A DNA stretch of 64,000 nt from the NCBI GenBank assembly GCA_964016885.1, contig OZ024747.1, positions 37,634,001 to 37,698,000 on the forward strand, written 5' to 3'. Below the pieces are notes generated by a model, which had not been told where the DNA came from, ran no database searches, and worked only from the letters and a program-made list of their open reading frames with translations. Position numbers and translations under genes: made by a program. This document shows positions 53,267 through 64,000 of this stretch, piece by piece. Each line of letters starts with the position of its first letter. Positions within the stretch are counted from its first letter, which is position 1. The stretch is from Eledone cirrhosa (Eukaryota).

Positions 53267-54350
53267 AAAAAAGATGAAATCGAAAATGCAACTGGAGTCT
53301 CTTTTTTTAAAAATATATATTTATTTGGTTCGTTTACCGGTTTCGCAGTTCTTCTGCTTTTCAAAAGTAGAATTGAGATGGAGGGTTTGTGGTTTTTCTC
53401 ACATCTGGTTGGTCTTTGAATGTTACTTTTGTTTTATATGAAAAAAAGTAGCTCGAAATGCCAGGTTTTTAGAGAAGTAATTTAGTTGGTGAATAAGTAT
53501 AATAAATTTCGCGCCAGTTCCCGTTACAAAGTTCTTATTATATTTGCCTTCAAGCAAAGGGGTGTGTGGGCTCAGGTTGTTTTTTCATATATGAGTGAAG
53601 TTTGGTTGGTTGATGCAGTCACGTGAATAAGCACATCAGTTTTCGCACCAGTTTGTGTTTGAATTTCTTTTTACTTAAAAAAAGGTGGCTCACGAAGGTT
53701 TTTTTTTAATAAATGTAATTTGATTGGTTATAAATGAAATTATGACTGTCACGTGAAACAAGTACATTAAATTTCGCGCCCGTATTTGGGAATTTATTTT
53801 GTAGCCTTTTAGAGAAATTTGTGCCAAACAAAAGATAATGATAAAGAAAAATGGGATGAGGAGAATTGTTCTGGTTCAGTGAATATGGCTGGTGTGGTGG
53901 GGTGTCAGAATTCAGACTTTCTATAGAAATAAAGTAAGTAGAGATATGTATGTATATCGTGCAGTGTAGTGGTTATCCTAAGTTGAAAGCTAGGTTACGT
54001 CGGTTCGATTCACGGAGGTTTAAATCTTGTAAATTTAGTGGCGATCCTGTGTCTGCAGAAGATAGATCTTTCTAATTTGTTGTTAAGTAGCCTTTTTACA
54101 TTTCTAAGGATATACAGTAATTCTAGATCACATAGCCTACAGTGGGACATACCGGTACTGTAGGTCTTTGCGGCCGACAACCTCGACCAGTTGATACTCT
54201 AGTTGGTGTTATTGTCCTTAAGTTCCCAGATTTTTTTGGCGAGGGTTGTAGAACCCATAAGTGCACGATTTTTCATAGAGTGTCTGTGCACATACCATCT
54301 TTTTTTAAAAGTACCTGCGGTGGATCCAATGTAGTGGATCTTCTTTCCTG

Positions 54351-54352
<2 letters not shown>
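53262..54352 (-). mobile_element. Penelope-like element family 3, 3' fragment
   Basis: HYIGSTAGTFKKRW..H...TTLAKKIWELK...CRLC...LLNNKLE...CRH GIY-YIG C-terminus with a long 3' UTR. HHR-like motif UUGAAAA-GCAG(AAGAA)CUGC-GAAACCGGUA at 53333-53366. (TA)n on both sides. Confidence 0.8.
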
Positions 54353-54408
<56 letters not shown>

Positions 54409-54717
54409 GCGTGTGTGTCCATTTATGTATGCATGCATGAATGAATTCAGTAAGCTATAAATTTATTCAACTAGTGATCCTAGCTGTTAGCACTATCATA
54501 TATTTTGGTTTCTATTAATTCAACGGAGGATTGTTTGACCAAATGGTTTGCTTATTTTTTATTTATTTAAAAAAATTTCATTCTTTCTCTAACTTTTATT
54601 TAAAGACATTTTTTGAAAGCAAAGCATTGGCCCCTAAAATACTACGGTAGGCCCCTACAATGCTACCGTGGGCCCCCTGGGCCCTACTTGCCATCGGGGA
54701 ACCTGGCAACTTATATG

Positions 54718-55322
54718 AAATAGTAGAAAAGAAGAAAACAGTAGAAAATGCTAAAGGGATTTTCTCTCAGAATAACATCAAAACATTTATTTACAAAATA
54801 GGAATTTCCGCATTAATTGTTACCGGTTTCAGCTTGTGGGCTTCTTCACACGACGGAAGTGTATAATGCAATTAAATTGAATATTAATAAGAATAATAAG
54901 AATATGGATAAAAATTTAGGGAGAAAAGTTCACATTTTTGTTTGTAGTTTTCTTTTTTTCTCTCTCATTGCTGTTACTACAGTCGAAGCCAACAGCTTAA
55001 ACAGAACTGATTCTTCCCTGCTACCACCACTTTTGGTAAGGCTAAGGTCAGCACTGAGAGAGAAAGAAAGAAAACTATAGACAAAAATGTTAACTTTTCT
55101 CCCTAAATATATATGTAAAAACAATTTTTTCCCCCATATTCTTATTATTCTTATTAATATGCAATTTAATTGCATTATACACTTCCGGCGTGAGAAAAAG
55201 CGTATAAGCTGAAACCGGTAACAATTAATGCAAACATTCCTATTTTGTAAATAAATGTTTTGATGTTATGCTGAGAGAAAATCCCTTTAGCATTTTCTAC
55301 TATTTTCTTCTTTATTACCATT
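54718..55322. repeat. Foldback with ~230-bp diverged arms
   Basis: About 54718-54944 versus 55078-55322. The arms carry a degenerate HHR-like AGC...GCU-GAAACCGGUA. Confidence 0.85.
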
Positions 55323-55635
55323 TTGGCAGTATTGGTAGAGGGTCGGACGCCATACTTTGATGTATGGAGTTACGGTCCTTGCCATTCTGAGTTCAAATCC
55401 CGCCGAGGATAACTTTGCCTTTCATCCTTACAGGGTCGATAAAATAAAGTACCAGTAATGCACTGGGTATTTGCTGGCCTTGTGCCAAACGTAAAAACAA
55501 TTATTTTTTTATATATATCAACTCGTGTGTCACTTCTCTACATTCTCACCTCCCTCTCTCTCTCTATATATATACAGTATAAAGAGAAGAAAACATAAAA
55601 AGAGGTTATGTTTTCATTTAAAAGGGGATTTTTAC

Positions 55636-55704
<69 letters not shown>

Positions 55705-55901
55705 TCAGACCTGTCAACTCTCCCCGTCCGACGAGGAGGAGATCTCTCGCCCACTTTGTGAAAATGGGTATATCTTTCATCATCTAAAATCTCCCCATTT
55801 GCTTCTTTTCTACCCTTTTTTTTCATGGGTGTTTAGAAGTTTAATTAATATATTGCTTCCATATACTGTACCGATTGTGTTATTATTTCTGCTTACCTTT
55901 T

Positions 55902-55978
<77 letters not shown>

Positions 55979-56531
55979 CATATATATACATATATATATA
56001 TATACTTAGTAAATGTAAGAAAAAGGAGGCAATTTTACAGTTATATTAGGTTCACGCTTGGTGGAAGTGGAGGAGGTTTCAACGTTTCGGACAGAAGTCC
56101 TTCTTTGGGAAAGTTCGGATAAGGAGAGAACAGATACACGTAAGAGTAGTGTGAGAAAGTTATGGAAGGAAGTAAAAAAAAAAATATATATATATAGTGA
56201 TAAGGGGCTGGTGGTGAAAGTTCCGGCCTGAGGGGCCAGGGTGGAGGGTAGGGCGTGGCATGGGTGTGGTTATGTGTGCGTGTGTCGAAAAGAAGAAATT
56301 GGTGGATGTGCATGGCTTCAGTCTGTCCTTGATTATCATAGGCAAGAAGCACTATAGGGGTTAGATCATTAAACAATTTATATAAATCATTAGACCCAGT
56401 TGCTAGCAGGTTGGGGACGTAGCAGAAAGGGCCTCTTGCTTGTCCTCTAAGAAGCAGGGCTCCAGCTGGAAACCAGAAGAAGGAAGTATATATACATAGT
56501 TATATAATAAACAACAGAAGACAATTATTCA

Positions 56532-56580
56532 ATTTACCAAAGGTTTCACGAAGACACGAGCTGAAATCGCTCATCAGAAT
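56532..56580 (-). ncRNA. Type I HHR motif
   Basis: AUU-CUGAUGA-GCGA...UCGU-GAAACC(UUU)GGUA|AAU. Confidence 0.68.
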
Positions 56581-56749
56581 GAAATTTTACTTGATATGGA
56601 TGTAATATATGAATTTAAAAACAAAGGCTAACACAGCCTCGCTTTCAATTGTTTTGCCTCTGTTTTTGTCTTACTTTTGCCTGTAAGAGTGGTGAAGGGG
56701 GAAATTAAGGGATTATATACATATATATATATATATACATATATATATA

Positions 56750-56831
<82 letters not shown>

Positions 56832-56875
56832 AAAAAGTATGACCCCGACGGCAGAGCTCAAGCTGTTTCGACGGC

Positions 56876-56959
<84 letters not shown>

Positions 56960-56977
56960 CATACATACATACATACA

Positions 56978-57013
<36 letters not shown>

Positions 57014-57015
57014 TA

Positions 57016-60000
57016 TGTAGCGACGTGGTTAGTCGGTCTGGTCACTACTTCTGATCGGATCCGAGAATAGCCCTTAAAAGGACTGTTATCACATACGGTA
57101 TGATCGGATCTGAGGATAACCCTTAAAAGGACTGTTGTCACATACGGTAAGGATGAACAGACGAAAGAAGAAGTTGAAAGGATGAGCAAGGCGAGAGATG
57201 TAGTTTCGGTCAGCTATTTATTTTCATGCATGAAGCGACGATACAGAGGTACAAAGCGTGTGTGAGTGACAAGCGTGGCAGAGGCGAGGAACAACGATAC
57301 GTGAGTTGACTCTGCCAATGGTCAACTGGCGAAAGTGTTTGGGACCTCTCTATTCATACAAAAATAATCGCTTGATGTTTAGCCGCTGCGTAGGCGTTTT
57401 ATTTTGGAGGCTTAAGGGTTGTTTGTTTCACGATGAGGTAGCTAGCTATGCAGATAGATAGAGTTGTTTATTTCACAGATGTTATTTCCGGTGGCTGTAC
57501 ATTAGCCCCACTGCCAGATCTTTTGTACAACAAAAGAGCGAAACATCGTATAGTAATGGGCCAGTAGTGCATTTGTCATGACAATAGCCCAAGCAGTGTC
57601 CAGCACGTTGTGAAATTTGGTGATCATCGAGTATAGATGATATGGCAAGATGTGTGTCAGGAAGAAAAAAAAACAACTTTAAAATGACTTTGACCAGATT
57701 TATGCAAGCGTGACGAAGGAGCCTGTTGCATTAGGTTTGAGCTGCCTGTGAATTGCGTGACAAAAAGTTTAACAGGGCAGTGAAAATAACCATAATGTGT
57801 GAAATGAATGGCCGTAAGCATGTTGCTTAAAAGTAACAGTTTGCTCCAAAGCATATGACTTGAGCGAATGCATGTGGTAAAAAATAGTGAGGCCTTCTCG
57901 AGCTATTGAGTGAATGTGTACGTAAAAAAGAAGGCCAGTGTTTTGAGGATGCGATTTGTCAAATGCGTAATCAAAGAGAAAACATTTTGTAGTGTAAGAG
58001 TTAAAGGGACAAATATCTATTGCTCAGTGTATGAACCAAAGGTGAAACAAACTTGGTTGTGTAGTGTGCATGAAAAATAGAATATGTACACGCCTTATAT
58101 GTGTATAAAAATTATGGCAATTACACAATTAATATTGCAGAACAAGAAAAATAAAAATGTTTGCAAAACAAAAGAGAAAATAAAATAAAAATGCTATATA
58201 CTATGCTATACACAATGTTTGTTCTTAAATAGTGTTTGTAATAGATAATGTTCATAATAAATAATGTTCTTCGTGACATTAGCACATGGTCAATAAAAAT
58301 TGCAATTGTTCAAGCAGAAAGTTCATTGTATTTGAAACTGGAAATAATAAACACAAGGAAAATGGAAATGTTTTGCAAGAAGAATGATTAAGAAACTCAC
58401 TTGAGGTTAACGGTAATTCACATATTGTGCCAACTTGGCGGACCAATGGACACGTCGTCCACTTCTCGTGACTGGAGATGAAACAGGTGGCTTGCTGGGA
58501 CAGAAATCTGTTGGAGTTTCTAGTGTAGAGACTGTAACAGTATCCATGATGGCTTTTTTTAATCTGTCCACGCTGACAGAATTATGTTTACCATCTAGAT
58601 CGAGAATAAAATATTTCGGATATTTTTTTTAGAACACGGTAAGGGCCAGAATATAGAGGTCGAAGATAAGCTGAGATGGTGTCGTTTCGAACGAAAACGT
58701 GTGTCCAATCTTTAATGTCTGAAGGTACATGTGTGGCCGTGTTCTGTTGACGGGTGCTTGCAGGAGCAAGGTGAGACATATATTGTTGAAGACGGTGTAC
58801 ATATGATCCTGGGTCTGGAACGTCCTGAGGAGAGATGGGAACAACCATCTGACCAGGTAGAAATAAAGTGGTGCCGTACACTAATTCTGCAGGTGCGTGT
58901 CCGAATTCCTCCTTAACGGTGGATCGAATGCCCAGAAGGATGAGTGGCAGGTATTCAAACCAGTGGGTCTTGTCTGGATACGCTTTTATGGCAGCTTACA
59001 ATTGGCGATGGAATCTTTCCACGAGACCATTAGCCTGCGGGTGATAAGCTGTCGGGCGCATGTGTTTACATCCTAACACGCGAGTCAGTTCCCTGAAGAG
59101 GTGGGAGTCAAATTGGCGTCCTCTGTCCGTTGTTATCTTCGCTGGGGCGCCATAACGTGATGATACCCAGTGTAAAACCAATGTTTTAGCGACTGTTTCC
59201 GCTGAGGTATCACCTATGGGAAAAGCCTCAGGCCAACGGGAAAAACGATCTTTGCAGGTGAGCAAGTGTGTGCAGTTCTGTGATGGCGGTAGAGGTCCGA
59301 CGATGTACATGATGAAAACGTGCATCAGATTGCACGAATGTGCCGAGTGGAGTTTTGATGTGTCTGTGGACTTTGGTTTTCTGGCAGGCAATGCAGCTCC
59401 TGTACTGTATTTGGTTTCTGCAGGTTGCAACCGCTTAGAAAAGAAGGATAAGGGTTGCCAAACGTCGTCGAGATATTGTTGTAAAACGCCTCCAACCCCT
59501 GTGTCTGATGCGTCCACTAGCAGCGAAAGGGGAGCGCCAGATCTGGGGAAAACGAGCATGGAAGCGTTTGCCAACATTTCCTTCAGGCGGTTGAAATATG
59601 TTAGTTCTTCCTTGTTCAGAGTGATGTCTTCGTTTTTCCGAGTCCGGTTGCGAAGAAGTCCGTAAGGACTTTGGCTGCGTCGGCACAATGAGGGATGAAA
59701 CGCCTATAGAAATTCACCAAACCGAGGAATTCACGTAGTTTCCGAAGTGATGTAGGTGCGGGTCACTTGCGGATAGCTTCTACTTTCTCAGGAAGTGGAC
59801 GAATGCCGTCTTTATCAATGATGTGCCCGAGAAAGGACAGTGAAGGAACGCCGAGAAGGCACTTGCTGGGGTTGATGATAATACCGAACTCGGTCAAACG
59901 TTGGAAAAGAATATCTAAGTGCTTCTCGTGTTCTTGCTCGGAAGTACTTGCTACTAGCACGTCGTCGATATACGTGTATACAAAGGGTAGATCACGTAAC

Positions 60001-60456
60001 ACGGTGTCAATAAACCGCTGAAAAGTTTGTGCAGCGTTGCGCAAACCGAACGGCATTCGCAGGAATTCAAATAAACCGAACGGTGTTGTGATTGCGGTCT
60101 TCGGAATATCAGCAGGCTCCATAGGTATCTGGTTATATGCTCGTACCAAATCTATCTTGGAAAAGATGCGTGCGCCTTGCAGAGAGGCAGAAAAGTCGTG
60201 CAAGTGAGGTACAGGGTAATTATCGGGTACTGTGGAATTGTTAAGTGCACGATAATCCCCACATGGTCGCCAATCATTCTCGGTTTTCTTAGGAACAAGG
60301 TGTAGGGGTGCAGACCAGTTGCTGGAGGAAGAACGAATGATCCCAAGGTCCAGCAAGTGTTGAAACGCCTGTTTGGCGATTCTCAATCGGGCTGGAGGCA
60401 GTCTCCTTGGTCAGGCAGCTGTGGGTGGTCCTCTTGTCTCGATATCATGTGTGACA
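57016..60456 (-). mobile_element. Gypsy LTR retrotransposon, 5'-truncated and internally deleted
   Basis: RT ([29 protein letters not shown]), RNase H start (VDAS), integrase core ([23 protein letters not shown]). 3' LTR 57016-57501 preceded by a G-rich PPT-like tract. The frame jumps from ETKYST into the integrase region. Confidence 0.95.
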
Positions 60457-61467
60457 CTGTTTCGCATTTATTGATGCTTATCAAAGCCAACTACTCCTCT
60501 TGTTTGCTGAAATCATGGATGTTTGGTTCTTATAGAATTCTAGTAAATAATCAGGAACTGATTATACAGAGCGGTTGCCGGTCAAGCAGAAATTGAAAAT
60601 TAGAATTGGTACTCTGAAATAGCTATATATATATGAATGTATATATAGTGTATTTTGCAATACACTGTATGCGTAATTAAAAGCATTTCGAAGACCTTAT
60701 GCTATTGTTTTAGAGTAGTGACAGACTCACTTACTTTAATTTTCAGCAAACAGGGGAGATAAAGCTTACAAGGCCCTGTTTCGCATTTATTGATGCTTAT
60801 CAAAACCAACTACTCCTCCTGTTTGCTGAAATCATGGATGTTTGGTTCTTATAGAATTCTAGTAAATAATCAGGAACTGATTATACAGAGCGGTTGTCGG
60901 TGAAGCAGAAATTGAAAATTAGAATTGGTGCTCTGAAATAGCTATATATATATGAATGTATATATAGTGTATTTTGCAATACACTATCTCCCTGTTTGCT
61001 GAAAATTAAAGTAAGTGAGTCTGTCACTACTCTAAAACAATAGCATAAGGTCTTCGAAATGCTTTTAATTAAGCATACTGTGTATTGCAATATACACTAT
61101 ATATACATTCATATATATATAGCTATTTCAGAGCACCAATTCTAATTTTCTATTTCTGCTTGACCGGCAACCGCTCTGTATAATCAGTTCCTGATTATTT
61201 ACTAGAATTCTATAAGAACCAAACATCCATGATTTCAGCAAACAGGAGGAGTAGTTGGCTTTGATAAGCATCAATAAATGTGAAACAGGGCTTGTCAGCT
61301 TTATCTCCTCTGTTTTCTGAAAATTAAAGTAAGTGAGTCTGTCACTACTCTAAAACAATAGCATAAGGTCTTTGAAATGCTTTTTATTAAGCATACAGTG
61401 TATTGCAAAATACACTATATATACATTCATATATATATAGCTATTTCAGAGCACCAATTCTAATTTT
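60457..61467. mobile_element. ~318-bp tandem/inverted HHR repeat (retrozyme-like)
   Basis: Minus units 60457-60775 and 60776-60985; plus units 60986-61302 and 61303-61467. One HHR per full unit; no credible ORF. Confidence 0.88.
61257..61300 (+). ncRNA. Type I HHR motif, U3-A8 core
   Basis: GGCU-UUGAUAA-GCAU(CAAUAA)AUGU-GAAACA-gggcu-UGUC|AGCU. Sister copy 60763-60807(-) has a GUA triplet and a GGUU/AGCU stem I. Confidence 0.82.
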
Positions 61468-61480
61468 ATATATATATATA

Positions 61481-64000
61481 AGAGAGTATTGAAGTTTGCT
61501 TGAAGCATTGTGGAATAATAAGGTAAATTTCTTTAAGTCGTTTGGAAGCCTCAACAATGCAGATGGGTAAATCTCCGGGTAACAGGATCCGGTGGTAGAG
61601 AGAGAGAGATGTAACTGGGTGTACGTTGAGATGCGTTGTGTGTATAAGACGTGTAGAGGAATGAAGGATAGAGCCTAAAGGATAAAAATAAAAATAACAA
61701 CACGAGAGAGAGTTACCTTGGGAGAGATTTAATTGTCCCTATATATTTCGGATTCACATCCATCAACTGGGGGTATTTTCCGAGGTGGGGGAAAGGTTGT
61801 CTGTCGGAAATGTGCGAAACGTGTCCTGCGCTGTTCGTTGTTTTGAATATCTGAGGTATTCAGCAGAGCGCGCGTGCGCGTGAAATGGGGTCGGTCAGGC
61901 AGAGGTCAGCGGTCGAAGTAGTTCTTTCAATTGTGGGAGTTGGGTGGCGTTAGCTGCCAGTCCATTCTCTGCCTGTTTGTTGAATGTTACTGTGTGTGTG
62001 TGTGTGTGCGTGTGTTGCTGTCTCGCTTGAGTGTGTGTGTGTGTGCCTGTGTTGTTGCCTTGTTCCACTGTATTGGCAGTGTAGTATGTTCGTATGGTGG
62101 AATGCTACTGTGTGTGTGTGTATGCGTGTGTTGCTGTCTCGCTTGTGTGTGTGTGTGTGTGTGTGCGTGTGTTGCTGCATCGTTTGTTAACTTAAACCAA
62201 CCACCTCATTTCGCTTCTCTCGGATCGGTTGTTTAATTGTGGCCCTAGGCGTTTGATCCAAAGTGTTTCCTTGATACGTAACGTGCCGACGTTTCTTTCT
62301 GTCGCTAGAATTGTGACAATGGGCCTTCCGTCTTTGTTTCCGCATTTGGCTATGTGTTTCCGGAAAGACGAGGCCCTGGTTTTAGTGTGTTCCTTGATCC
62401 GGATGTGCAACGGCCGGATTGTGCTACCTATATAGTATTGGTTGCACTTGTTACATTCTATCTCATACACGACGTATGTGCGTAGGCAACAGTTCGCATC
62501 GCGCATCGGGAAGTCTCTGAGGGAGCTCGCGTCAGTTGATTTCCCGGGTTTCCTGGAGAGGCAACTTCGCAGAGAGGGGCCCGAGTGGGCCAGGTGGATG
62601 TCGAGGCCCTCCTTCCGTATAGCCTTGCGGATAGCGTTGGTGGTATTCTCGCCCAGGTGTGGCATTTTAAGGAAGCACTTGCCTTGGGTGCCTCTCTGTC
62701 TCTTGTGTCTGGTGTCTCCTACTCTGTCTGTGAGCGAGGTAGGGTACCCGTTCGTCTCCAGCACCTCGAGGAATCGCTTAGTTTGAGTGACACCACTCGC
62801 GGGATCGCTGCATCTGTTTTTGATTCGCGCGATCTCGTTCGTGATGTATCCTCTTTTGGCACTGTTAGGGTGGGCAGACTGCCTTTCGGTAGAAGTTGCA
62901 GTGTATTCCTCCCTGTTCCGTGATGTTGATTCGGAAGTCGAGGAGGGCAAGTGACCCGTCTTCGTTGGGGTGTTCAACACTGAAATCAATGTTCTCGTCC
63001 GTGTTGTTGAACGTCTCATAGATTCTGTTCGCCATGTCTTGGGAAGTGTGAGGATGAGGATATTGTCCACGTACCTTGAGAAAAAGGCGACGGCGTTGGG
63101 GTGGCAGGCGTTGAGTGCCTTGCGCTCGAGGTTGTCCATGTAAGAGATCGCTAGCACACCCGACAGGCTTGATCCCATGGGCAGTCACGAGGTTTGTTGG
63201 TATGTTTGGTCAAGGAATCCGAAGTAGGTGTTGTCGACGACGATGGATAGGAGTTGGTGGATGTCAGTGGTTGTGAGCCCAAAGCAGTGTAGGTCGGTGA
63301 ATTGGACGCGTTCCATCAGTATATTGACGGCCGGGCCTGCCGGGGCCGAGGTGTAGAGTGCGACTACATCAAGGCTGAAGGCATATCTGTTATTCTTTCT
63401 GATGTCGGGATCCATTTGATGTAGGCGCTTCAACACCTCCTCGGAGCTGTTAACGTATCCCGGCAAGGTGTCTAAGATGGGTTTGAGTATTCTGGCTAGG
63501 AGCCATGAAATTTTGTTGAGTTGTCCTTCTACGCTCGATACAATGGGCCTGATCTTCAGGTCGGGTCCCTGTTTGTGTGTTTTCACGAGGTGGTAGAAGG
63601 CGGGTAGTCTGCTGTTCTTCGTGAGGCGGTTGTATCTCAGCTTCTTCGGAAGCTTCCGCCGGTCGCAGATGTTGGTCCAGGCGGCGTTGATGTGCTCTTC
63701 TATCTGCGCGGGAGTGATTCCCGTGACCTTGGAGTAGAGGTTGTCATCGTTAAGGTGTTGGAGGGCCAGGGTGTTGTAGGCCTCTCTGCTGATGACGCAG
63801 AATTCTTTTCTCTTGTCTGAGGGGAGGTAGATGAGGTTCTTCGATTTTAGGCTGGAGAGAGTGGTGAGTTGAGATTTGGTGAGGTTGTGTGTAGTGCGTG
63901 TGTGTGTGTGTTTGTGAAGTATATCCGAGATGGAGTGTTTTAGCCTGATGAGTTTAGTGTCGAGTTCGTGGTTGGTGGTGGTGGTGGTGGTGGTGGTGGT
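61481..64000 (-). mobile_element. Penelope-like element, family 1 relative, runs off the window
   Basis: SDK, YHLVKTHK, IRPIVS, LDVVALYTS, MGSSLSG, RYVDN, VVYEIECNKCNQYYIGST...IKEH. 3' end homologous to 3655-3930. Confidence 0.93.

Noticed and set aside
55705-55800. Possible hammerhead in the 24047/55705 repeat family
   Set aside because: The core is degenerate in both copies and no stem III or cleavage triplet could be placed.

Overview
This is AT-rich, repeat-dense eukaryotic DNA, most likely an octopod cephalopod (inferred from the SINE types and microsatellite load, not proven). One host gene is supported: five minus-strand coding exons (22264 down to 2358) of an AADAC/NCEH1-type HSL-family esterase. 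Its 3' exons were not found and probably lie left of the window. It carries HAGG in place of the usual HGGG oxyanion motif, and intron 1 holds a decayed duplicate of exon 1. The rest is transposable elements: RTE LINEs, a near-complete Tx1-like LINE, a CRE-like fragment, a deleted Gypsy element plus two solo LTRs, Helitron-like and mariner/pogo remnants, tRNA-derived SINEs and three Penelope-like element (PLE) families. The main hidden signal is about ten sequence-distinct type I hammerhead ribozyme (HHR) motifs in short elements at (TA)n microsatellites. Several have U3-A8 or U4A variant cores, or large structured insertions in stem II. Two are tandem non-coding units with one HHR per unit (retrozyme-like), joined head-to-head with the junction at or near the predicted cleavage site. 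All folds were read by eye and no activity has been shown.
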